The notes: generated by a model from the letters alone, not told the origin. A DNA stretch of 8,182 nt from a virus (IMGVR_UViG_2695420732_000017), one strand, 5' to 3'. Shown: positions 1-6,235, numbered from the stretch's first letter. Program-made: numbers and translations.

Positions 1-363
1 GCACTGGAGCAGGCGTTGTGGGCCCGTCGGCCGTCCGGCACAATCCATCACAGTGATAAAGGTTCTCAGTATGTATCGCTGGCCTACACGCAGCGGCTTA
101 AGGAAGCCGGATTACTGGCATCAACAGGGAGTACTGGCGACTCGTATGACAACGCGATGGCTGAGAGCATCAATGGTCTTTACAAAGCGGAGGTAATACA
201 CCGTAAGAGCTGGAAAAACCGGACAGAAGTGGAACTGGCCACACTAACGTGGGTGGACTGGTATAACAATCGACGATTGCTGGAAAGGCTGGGCCATATT
301 CCTCCGGCAGAAGCAGAAAAAGCTTATTATGCTTCCATCGGAAATAATGATCTGGCAGCCTGA
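1..363 (+). CDS. IS3-family transposase OrfB (DDE integrase core), C-terminal part; 5' end lies outside the window
   Basis: The reading frame is open from base 1 to the TGA at 361-363. The translation contains HSDKGSQY (second catalytic Asp) and YDNAMAESINGLYK (catalytic Glu followed by Lys seven residues later), the signature of the IS3-family DDE transposase C-terminus. G+C is about half, unlike the adjacent AT-rich island. Confidence 0.85.
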   Translation, partial: ALEQALWARRPSGTIHHSDKGSQYVSLAYTQRLKEAGLLASTGSTGDSYDNAMAESINGLYKAEVIHRKSWKNRTEVELATLTWVDWYNNRRLLERLGHIPPAEAEKAYYASIGNNDLAA

Positions 364-430
364 GTTCACAGATAAAATACTCTCCAGGAAACCCGGGGCG
401 GTTCAGTTTGCCAATTTTTGCGATATAAAT
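1..430 (+). mobile_element. Right-hand portion of an IS3-family insertion sequence; exact terminal inverted repeat not determinable from one end
   Basis: The transposase gene ends at 363 and an IS3-type terminal repeat normally follows within a few tens of bp. The composition switches to AT-rich by about 410-430. The boundary is approximate because the other IS end is not available to pair with. Confidence 0.45.
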
Positions 431-483
431 TTCAATGTCCGAAGAACCATTAATTGTTAATTGATTCTGTATAAGGTATTAAC

Positions 484-1581
484 ATGACAATTTCATATAT
501 TCCTATTCTGAAAGCGAAACGTTCTGAGTTATCAGCTTTATCGCAGCTATCCATTGAAAAGAAATCAAAAATTTTGCCATTACTCGAAATTGAACCAGTG
601 CCAATTGACCCTGATTCAGGTATTGCCTTAAAGAGTTATAACGAGACTCTTATAGAGTTCGGAAAGAAAGTCTCAAAATCTTGCTCAGATATGCAAGGTG
701 TTTATATTGATGGATTATTAATTGAAGAGCATTTTATTTCTCCTGAAGATCATTACCCTATAATAAATGCGGTTAATCAAGTTAGAGATATGGGGATAAG
801 AGTTATTCCTGTCAGTTCACCAACTCGCCCATCTAACTATAAAAGAGCGATTGATGAATTAATGCAGAATGAAATATGCTTGAGATTAACCACGTTAGAT
901 CTGGTTAACCCACAATTAATAACGCATTACATTAATCATCTGGGAATTCCTTTATCAAATATTGATATAATTATTGACTTAAGAGATGAGTTAACCGAGG
1001 ATAAAATTAATTCCGGCGAACTATATACTTTGGCAATGGGATTGATAAACAATCTGGCGCACCTCAATGAATACAGAAAAGTGATTCTTTCTGGGGGTTC
1101 ATTTCCTACAGATCTCAGTGATATTTCTGTTGGTCTATATTCTCAACCTCGAATCGAGTGGATTTTATGGCAGAGTTTAATGAATAGAAAAGAACTTGCC
1201 AGAAATGTGATTTATAGTGATTATGGAGTACAGCACCCCGACTTTAATAGGCTTTCGACGCGATTCCCTAGCGTATCTGCCAGCGTCAGATACTCTGGAG
1301 ATAATGACTTTTGGGTATTTCGAGGAAGAGTAGCTAATCGCTTTGGTTATGAACAATATGGTAAACATAGTGAGGATATTCTTGCTCATCGAGAATATTC
1401 AGGGCCTACATTCTGTGCGGGAGATAGAGACATAGAATATTATGCAAACGAGTATCAAGCCTACAAAGCCAATCCCTCTGGTAACTATAAATTTGGTAGC
1501 CCAGAGGTATGGCGTAGGATTGGGCAAAACCATCACATAACTAAGGTTGTTGAGCAACTCGCCACTCTTTACGGGCTTTAA
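484..1581 (+). CDS. Beta-protein-like (Pfam Beta_protein / NCBI sce7725-family-like) protein of unknown function, 365 aa
   Basis: ATG at 484 is the first start after an in-frame TAA (472-474), with an AAGG Shine-Dalgarno 7 nt upstream. Clean 365-codon ORF, strongly AT-rich (roughly one-third G+C by eye). The N-terminus TISYIPILKAKRSELSAL matches, from memory, the hallmark start of the Beta-protein / sce7725 family. The family call is unverified. Confidence 0.75.
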   Translation: MTISYIPILKAKRSELSALSQLSIEKKSKILPLLEIEPVPIDPDSGIALKSYNETLIEFGKKVSKSCSDMQGVYIDGLLIEEHFISPEDHYPIINAVNQVRDMGIRVIPVSSPTRPSNYKRAIDELMQNEICLRLTTLDLVNPQLITHYINHLGIPLSNIDIIIDLRDELTEDKINSGELYTLAMGLINNLAHLNEYRKVILSGGSFPTDLSDISVGLYSQPRIEWILWQSLMNRKELARNVIYSDYGVQHPDFNRLSTRFPSVSASVRYSGDNDFWVFRGRVANRFGYEQYGKHSEDILAHREYSGPTFCAGDRDIEYYANEYQAYKANPSGNYKFGSPEVWRRIGQNHHITKVVEQLATLYGL

Positions 1582-2119
1582 GTTTAACTCGAACAGCTTC
1601 ACGAAGCTCGCCAACATCCATACTATTGGCGAGTTTTGACCATAAGACGCGTTTAGGTTTATTTTTCAAATTCTGTAGCTCCCCTACATCACTTAATAGG
1701 GAAAGCAATTCATCTTTCCAAAGAAGCATTGTTAAGGAAAGTTTGTCCACTTGTGGATTCAACTTGCTAGTTCGAATTGTTTTTAAATGGATACCTTGCC
1801 GTGCACCTTGCGTAACTTGCTTTATCCCCCACCATGATGGAACTATGCTTAAAGCATCATAAAGATGGCAATCAGAGACAACCAAAGTTACTTTATCCAT
1901 CACTGATGAGTAATGTTGCACCTGCGCTGGTAATCTGAGCAAGTTATCACTCTTGCTCTTCAACTCATAACCATGTATAAGCCCATTGATCACTGCTATA
2001 TCAGCTCTGCTAGCCCCTAGATTCATCGTAAACTCATCAATGATTAGGGTGTCAGGATCTTTATGATGATCTCTCAGAATCTTGGCATGCACAGCCTTTC
2101 TTACATCAATGTCTCTCAT
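1541..2119 (-). CDS. PD-(D/E)xK nuclease-fold protein (sce7726-family-like), 192 aa
   Basis: Open frame on the minus strand with ATG at 2119-2117 and an in-frame stop six codons upstream; stop codon at 1543-1541. N-terminal motifs IIDEF (E29), RADIAV (D40) and GYELKS (E52-x-K54) have the spacing of a restriction-endonuclease-like PD-(D/E)xK core. AT-rich like its neighbour. Shine-Dalgarno is weak. Confidence 0.75.
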   Translation of the reverse strand: MRDIDVRKAVHAKILRDHHKDPDTLIIDEFTMNLGASRADIAVINGLIHGYELKSKSDNLLRLPAQVQHYSSVMDKVTLVVSDCHLYDALSIVPSWWGIKQVTQGARQGIHLKTIRTSKLNPQVDKLSLTMLLWKDELLSLLSDVGELQNLKNKPKRVLWSKLANSMDVGELREAVRVKLKARKEWRVAQQP

Positions 2120-2158
2120 ACCATAGTTGCGCTTTCATCGACTCTCTCAAGCCATGAT

Positions 2159-2167
2159 TCTATATCA
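2159..2167 (-). promoter_or_regulatory. Possible extended -10 element (TGaTATAGA) for an independent promoter of the nuclease-like gene
   Basis: On the minus strand the sequence TGATATAGAAT lies about 40 nt upstream of the ATG at 2119, inside a 305-bp ORF-free gap. No convincing -35 was found, so this is tentative. Confidence 0.3.
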
Positions 2168-2424
2168 TGGTTCGCATGAATGCCATTTGATATGACCAGT
2201 GGTTAAACATTGCACAGAAAAGTGGATGTGTATTTTAACAAAAGCAATGACGGCTAACCATGTTGGTATGTCGATAAAATGTTTCAACGTAAGCATTATC
2301 TGTTCCGCCCTTTCAGACGGCCTCCTGATGTTCTGAGGGTGCAGAATCCCTCCGGTTAAGGATTTAATAAAAATCGTTTCTGATTTAAATCTTCAGTATT
2401 TAGTTGTTAGTCGGTTTATAGCCT

Positions 2425-2736
2425 TTATGCTTCGGCCTTATTTCTCAGCCATACACAAACCGGGCCATCTTCGGTGTCATGTATTGAACCAATAAACCAT
2501 CCATTGCCCTCTGGTCGTTCCGGTTCCCATGCAGAAATATCAGCATCACACGCATCAAGGTCAGCACATCCTTCATCTCTGAAGCAGAGGACGTATTGAA
2601 GATTATTTTCCTCCATCCAGGCGTTAAACTCTTCCGTTGAAATATATTCCCGACCGTCACAGAATTTTTCATATTCAGGATGCGTCCAGCAGCCATATTC
2701 ATCACGTACTACTGGTATTTCTTTAATTTCATTCAT
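2425..2736 (-). CDS. Hypothetical acidic, Cys-containing prophage protein, 103 aa
   Basis: ATG at 2736 sits inside the sequence ATGAATGA, overlapping the stop of the upstream gene by 8 nt (translational coupling). G+C near half, like the prophage backbone. No recognisable domain. Confidence 0.7.
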   Translation of the reverse strand: MNEIKEIPVVRDEYGCWTHPEYEKFCDGREYISTEEFNAWMEENNLQYVLCFRDEGCADLDACDADISAWEPERPEGNGWFIGSIHDTEDGPVCVWLRNKAEA

Positions 2737-2983
2737 TTCTGTTCTCCCACGTTTTCAGACTTTCACCACAGAACGGACAAAATGAAACCCGAACTGGTAA
2801 TTTAGAAAATTCACCGGAACGCAACATCACAAAATCAGGACCGCGAGTTAAACTCTCATTCCAGATTTTGTATATCAGCAGACCTTTTCGCATCGTGTAT
2901 TCAGCATCATGCTCAAGGGACTTTGCCAGTGCTGCACATGGTTCTATCTTGTTGCCATTAACCTGGCATTTTGATTCACTCAC
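2729..2983 (-). CDS. Hypothetical small protein with a C-terminal CPFCG zinc-ribbon-like motif, 84 aa
   Basis: GTG start at 2983 overlaps the TGA of the upstream gene (GTGA) and is preceded by a strong GAGGAGG Shine-Dalgarno 7 nt upstream. Cys residues at positions 6, 16, 69 and 72. Confidence 0.65.
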   Translation of the reverse strand: MSESKCQVNGNKIEPCAALAKSLEHDAEYTMRKGLLIYKIWNESLTRGPDFVMLRSGEFSKLPVRVSFCPFCGESLKTWENRNE

Positions 2984-3402
2984 CGCACCACCTCCTCAAA
3001 ATTCCCCTGATAAAACGCCAGTACGCGCTGCATAACTTCGCTCTTCCGGCACTCGAGACAGATTATGTTCAGACGCCTGTCGTAGCGGCGTATTTCGCCA
3101 TCTGGTAATGACCAGATAAGGTCCGGATCAACCGCAGATGGTTTCTTCAGCTTTGCCCTTGAGAGTTTTTTGCGGGCATTTTGCCAGTCTTTACGAGCCT
3201 GTTCAGACGGGAATAACCCGTAGCCAGAATTGTATACATCGCCACTGGCAACCAGCTCTCTGGCCAGAACGCTCATCAGATATCTTGTTGCCCCAGTTTT
3301 AGTTTCCAGTTGTCGTAACGTCTCGCGCCCACTCTGGCGTACGAGTTCAACAACCTGCCCTTTAATTTTTTCCCGCTCTTCTTGTGTAAAAACTTTTGCC
3401 AC
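2980..3402 (-). CDS. Hypothetical prophage protein, 140 aa, basic
   Basis: GTG start at 3402 is preceded by AGGAGG with a 4-nt spacer. The gene lies directly downstream of the replication initiator in the same operon orientation. Confidence 0.7.
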   Translation of the reverse strand: MAKVFTQEEREKIKGQVVELVRQSGRETLRQLETKTGATRYLMSVLARELVASGDVYNSGYGLFPSEQARKDWQNARKKLSRAKLKKPSAVDPDLIWSLPDGEIRRYDRRLNIICLECRKSEVMQRVLAFYQGNFEEVVR

Positions 3403-3442
3403 AAGCCCTCCTGAAAGTTACCTCATGACCAGAAATTAACAC

Positions 3443-4405
3443 TTACCCCCTGAAGCCCGGCGGAATTTCAGTGTCCGGTTCAGAAATGTGATTCACGCAA
3501 CGCTGCGCAGGCGAACGCCCCAGGCGGATAACCAGTTCATCCCATTTTTCCCGGAGTTTTGCCGGACTCATGATGTTTTTTACCCAGAACGAATCCCGCT
3601 GGAGACGCCCAAACATTTCACAAATTTGTCTGTGAGTTCTGCCATCCAGCATCCGCATTGTGCGAACGTCATTGGCCCATGCTGTCCAGTTGGGTTCTTT
3701 CGGTCTAGTGATCTCGCCATCATAGCTGGCCGCCTGCTCGTAAAGACTCACGATTCGTCCCCAGATCCACTGTGCGCACACCAAATCTTCCTGACTTCCC
3801 CACTGGCGTTTTTTCGCACTGAACACAACCGCGTCAGGGTGTCGGGTTAAAAAATCCTGTTCAGCCGTCTGCGGGTCCGGTTGCGAAGCGTCCGGACAAG
3901 AAGATCTTTTATCTGACGGATCAGGTTTTAATACTGACGGATCGGGGTCAATCATCGCCCCCCTAATCGGCAGTTTTTTATCAACAGTTGATCCATCAAA
4001 ATTTGACGGGTCAACCGTTGAGGGGGCAATATTTGACGGGTCAACTGTTAACTGGTCATTTTTTGCCGGGCTAATTTTTCTTTTCGGTTTATATGACTCA
4101 CGCGCCGCCGCAGCTGCTGCTTCGAGTTTTTCCACATTAAGCCGATAGATATTGCTTACATTACGCCCACCGACCTTACGCTCTTCCTTCGTCAGCCAGC
4201 CCTCTTTCGCCAGTTCTGCAATAGCCGATTTCACTGTGGATTCACTTCTTGCACCGATCTGACGCCGGATAGTTTCAATGGCAGGCCATGACACACCCTC
4301 GTCATTGCTGTAGTCTGCAAGACGGGCCATAACCGCCACCCTGGATAAGATCATGCCGGTGAAGGCGCACCCTTCCCAGACAAGACCATGAAGCTTGCTG
4401 CTCAT
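3443..4405 (-). CDS. Phage replication initiator, lambda O-like architecture (N-terminal winged-helix/HTH, repeat-containing linker, C-terminal domain)
   Basis: 320-codon ORF from the ATG at 4405 (a GTG at 4420 is an alternative start), with a GGGGG Shine-Dalgarno just upstream. The N-terminal segment WPAIETIRRQIGARSESTVKSAIAELAKEGWL is HTH-like. The central region encodes repeated TVDPSN / DPDPS units from DNA direct repeats, as seen in lambda O where the origin lies inside the gene. Confidence 0.8.
   Translation of the reverse strand: MSSKLHGLVWEGCAFTGMILSRVAVMARLADYSNDEGVSWPAIETIRRQIGARSESTVKSAIAELAKEGWLTKEERKVGGRNVSNIYRLNVEKLEAAAAAARESYKPKRKISPAKNDQLTVDPSNIAPSTVDPSNFDGSTVDKKLPIRGAMIDPDPSVLKPDPSDKRSSCPDASQPDPQTAEQDFLTRHPDAVVFSAKKRQWGSQEDLVCAQWIWGRIVSLYEQAASYDGEITRPKEPNWTAWANDVRTMRMLDGRTHRQICEMFGRLQRDSFWVKNIMSPAKLREKWDELVIRLGRSPAQRCVNHISEPDTEIPPGFRG
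3912..4095. repeat. Putative replication origin: four direct iterons (core TGACGG(A/G)TC) plus an adjacent AT-rich stretch, inside the initiator gene
   Basis: TGACGGATC occurs at about 3914 and 3935; the longer TTTGACGGGTCAAC(C/T)GTT occurs at about 4001 and 4031. An AT-rich tract (about 4055-4095: cattttttgccgggctaatttttcttttcggtttatatga) lies beside them. Confidence 0.55.
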
Positions 4406-4427
4406 AAAACCCCCGAACACCGTGCTT

Positions 4428-4853
4428 TTAGTGCATCACCACAGCATTCCCTGCCGGGCCGCCGCGATTCATCTGGTCATACAAAACAACCGCTGACGCA
4501 ACAAAATCGTCGACATCCTTCACCAGCCGATCCCGCCGTTCGACAATCTCCCGGTAATACTCAGAGCTGTGACTGCGCATACGGGCCACCAGCAGAGGCG
4601 GCATTGCCTTTTCGATCGCCGGTAACAGAGCCTGAATTTTTTCAACAGCATCAGGGGTGTCTTTATCCAGCCAACGGAAAATTTTCTGTGTATTACGGGC
4701 CAGGGCTTCCGGATGGCTGTCGTCGTACAGTTCAGGGAACGTCATCCCCAGTTCGAAATAAGTCCGGGCTATTTCAGCTGCAGGAACTTTCTCACCATCA
4801 GGGTATGCCCAGGCATTCATCGCCATGCGGATGTGCTCATGTTTGATTTTCAT
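4428..4853 (-). CDS. ydaT: YdaT-like prophage protein (recalled as DUF1019 / Toxin_YdaT family), 141 aa
   Basis: The N-terminus MKIKHEHI and C-terminus ...VVMH match my recollection of Rac prophage YdaT. The gene overlaps the upstream ydaS-like gene by 17 nt. Confidence 0.7.
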   Translation of the reverse strand: MKIKHEHIRMAMNAWAYPDGEKVPAAEIARTYFELGMTFPELYDDSHPEALARNTQKIFRWLDKDTPDAVEKIQALLPAIEKAMPPLLVARMRSHSSEYYREIVERRDRLVKDVDDFVASAVVLYDQMNRGGPAGNAVVMH

Positions 4854-5160
4854 GAATCATTTGCCTCTTGATGCTTCGGGTATGATCGTTTTCGTCATTT
4901 GGTTGCTTCATCGACATATTCTGCGAATAACATGACGAGCGTCGTAAGTATGTCCAATCAACATCAGGACGAAGTTCTTCACACAGGACACCACCTTTTG
5001 TTGCTCGTTCAATCGCAGGACATCTCTCAGCAGGCAACTGACGTACACCTTTGATCCATTGATTTACGCTTGGAGGAGATACACCTAAAAGCCTAGCCAT
5101 TGCTGATTGCCCACCGACAACAGCACAAGCTCGTTTGAATGAATAGTTATCTTTTTTCAT
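4837..5160 (-). CDS. ydaS: YdaS-like Cro/CI-type HTH protein (Cro analogue), 107 aa
   Basis: ATG at 5160 is preceded by GGAG with an 8-nt spacer; the ORF track's longer version begins at a GTG at 5181 with no ribosome-binding site. The HTH segment QSAMARLLGVSPPSVNQWIKG is typical of YdaS-like proteins. The gene is divergent from the repressor gene. Confidence 0.75.
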   Translation of the reverse strand: MKKDNYSFKRACAVVGGQSAMARLLGVSPPSVNQWIKGVRQLPAERCPAIERATKGGVLCEELRPDVDWTYLRRSSCYSQNMSMKQPNDENDHTRSIKRQMIHENQT

Positions 5161-5187
5161 CGAATGAACTCCAAAAAACACGCAACA

Positions 5188-5231
5188 ATATTAGGCTTAG
5201 CCTAATACAATTGTCAATAGGCTATGCCTAA
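5188..5231 (-). promoter_or_regulatory. Leftward sigma70-type promoter with operator half-sites (TTAGGC...GCCTAA) for the ydaS-ydaT-replication operon
   Basis: Read on the minus strand: TTAGGCATAGCCTA, then TTGACA (-35, plus-strand 5212-5217), an 18-nt spacer containing TTAGGCTAAGCC, then TAATAT (-10, plus-strand 5188-5193). A third operator-like site (attgcctaa) sits at about 5248-5256, near the repressor gene start. Confidence 0.55.
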
Positions 5232-5284
5232 CACATCGAGAGTAGGGATTGCCTAACGCGATGCGCATAGGAGACTATTAAGCA

Positions 5285-5761
5285 ATGCTTAGTGGTAAAG
5301 ACTTAGGCCGAGCGATAGAGCAGGCCATTAACAAAAAAATTGCATCAGGAGCCGTCAAATCAAAGGCGGAAATCGCACGTCATTTCAAAGTCCAACCACC
5401 ATCAATCCATGACTGGATTAAGAAAGGTTCGATAAGTAAAGACAAACTTCCAGAACTATGGCGTTTCTTTTCTGATGTGGTTGGTCCAGAGCATTGGGGG
5501 CTTAACGAATACCCCATACCAACCCCATCCACTTCAGATACAAAAAGTGAACTTTTAGACATAAACAGCCTTTATCAAGCCGCCTCTGATGAAAAAAGAG
5601 CAATTGTGGCTTTCCTCTTATCTGGAAATGCTACGGAGCCTAGTTGGGTTGATCATGACGTTCGCGCCTACATTGCCGCAATGGAAATGAAGGTAGCTAA
5701 CTATCTGAAAAATCAAGAATCAAAACGGAAAAGCCAGAACATCACCAAGACAGGAACTTAA
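5285..5761 (+). CDS. Prophage repressor, HTH DNA-binding protein (RacR/DicA-type functional analogue), 158 aa
   Basis: ATG at 5285 with AGGAG 11 nt upstream. HTH segment KSKAEIARHFKVQPPSIHDWIKKGSIS. Divergent from the Cro-like gene and flanked by operator-bearing promoters. The length (158 aa) fits my recollection of RacR, but the assignment is not verified. Confidence 0.8.
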   Translation: MLSGKDLGRAIEQAINKKIASGAVKSKAEIARHFKVQPPSIHDWIKKGSISKDKLPELWRFFSDVVGPEHWGLNEYPIPTPSTSDTKSELLDINSLYQAASDEKRAIVAFLLSGNATEPSWVDHDVRAYIAAMEMKVANYLKNQESKRKSQNITKTGT

Positions 5762-5775
5762 ACTTATATGGTCCG

Positions 5776-5797
5776 ACGGGAAATTCCTAGTTCCCGT
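5776..5797 (+). terminator. Hairpin immediately after the repressor stop codon (7-bp perfect stem ACGGGAA/TTCCCGT, 8-nt loop); possible terminator or processing site
   Basis: A perfect inverted repeat lies 15 nt after the TAA at 5759-5761. There is no clear U-tract, so intrinsic-terminator function is uncertain. Confidence 0.3.
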
Positions 5798-5855
5798 TAG
5801 TTAACTCCTACTACCTCTCCCACAAACCATCACCTATTAGGTCGCGCCCAAATTA

Positions 5856-5898
5856 TTAGGCATAGCCTATTGACAAGTAATTAGGCATTTCCTATAGT
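5856..5898 (+). promoter_or_regulatory. Rightward near-consensus sigma70 promoter with two operator sites, driving the dicB-type operon
   Basis: TTAGGCATAGCCTA (5856-5869) abuts TTGACA (5870-5875); a 17-nt spacer contains TTAGGCATTTCC; then TATAGT (5893-5898). The 20-mer ttaggcatagcctattgaca is an exact inverted copy of 5212-5231. Confidence 0.6.
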
Positions 5899-6079
5899 TT
5901 TCCCATACCAACCCATCCCGTCCCACACAATACAGGGCAATACCTCGAGTTACCAGGCAGTGGTCAGGGGTTAAGTAGCCAGCCCGAGGCGTAAGAACAT
6001 GACGGCAGGGTTCAACTTTAATAACTATGCAGCAGGTTTTTGTTCCGCTACCCCGGCGTTAAGGGGAAATGAGGTCAGC

Positions 6080-6235
6080 ATGGATACTATCGATCTTGGC
6101 AACAGCGAATCTCTGGTATGTGGCGTGTTCCCCAACCAGGACGGTACGTTCACCGCGATGACGTATACCAAAAGCAAAACGTTTAAAACCGAATCTGGAG
6201 CGCGTCGCTGGCTGGAAAGAAATTCAGGTGGGTGA
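6080..6235 (+). CDS. ydfA: YdfA-like small prophage protein, 51 aa
   Basis: ATG at 6080 with GAGG 5 nt upstream. The ORF track's N-terminal extension back to 5999 lacks a ribosome-binding site. Size and position (first gene after the repressor-controlled promoter) match the Qin dicB operon order as I recall it: ydfA 51 aa, ydfB 42 aa, ydfC 72 aa. Confidence 0.6.
   Translation: MDTIDLGNSESLVCGVFPNQDGTFTAMTYTKSKTFKTESGARRWLERNSGG

Noticed and set aside
1177-1862. Small ORFs 1177-1389 (-), 1399-1617 (-) and 1626-1862 (+) inside or antisense to the two island genes
   Set aside because: They lie entirely within the better-supported long ORFs on the opposite strand or in another frame, and have low-complexity, AT-biased translations (Ile/Phe/Lys-rich).
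2445-2705. Alternative-frame minus-strand ORF (86 aa) overlapping the 103-aa gene
   Set aside because: It lies wholly inside the 103-aa ORF in another frame. The 103-aa frame has the translationally coupled ATG and a more protein-like composition.
3230-4846. Plus-strand ORFs 3230-3439, 3488-3850 and 4388-4846, antisense to the replication-module genes
   Set aside because: They are antisense shadows of the well-supported minus-strand operon, with Pro/Arg/Ser-rich translations and no ribosome-binding sites.
5161-5181. Longer ydaS-like ORF starting at a GTG at 5181
   Set aside because: The ATG at 5160 has a GGAG ribosome-binding site, and the GTG would place the start inside the predicted -10/transcription-start region.
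5999-6079. N-terminal extension of the ydfA-like ORF back to an ATG at 5999 (78-aa version)
   Set aside because: No Shine-Dalgarno before 5999, whereas the internal ATG at 6080 has GAGG at ideal spacing and gives the expected 51-aa product.
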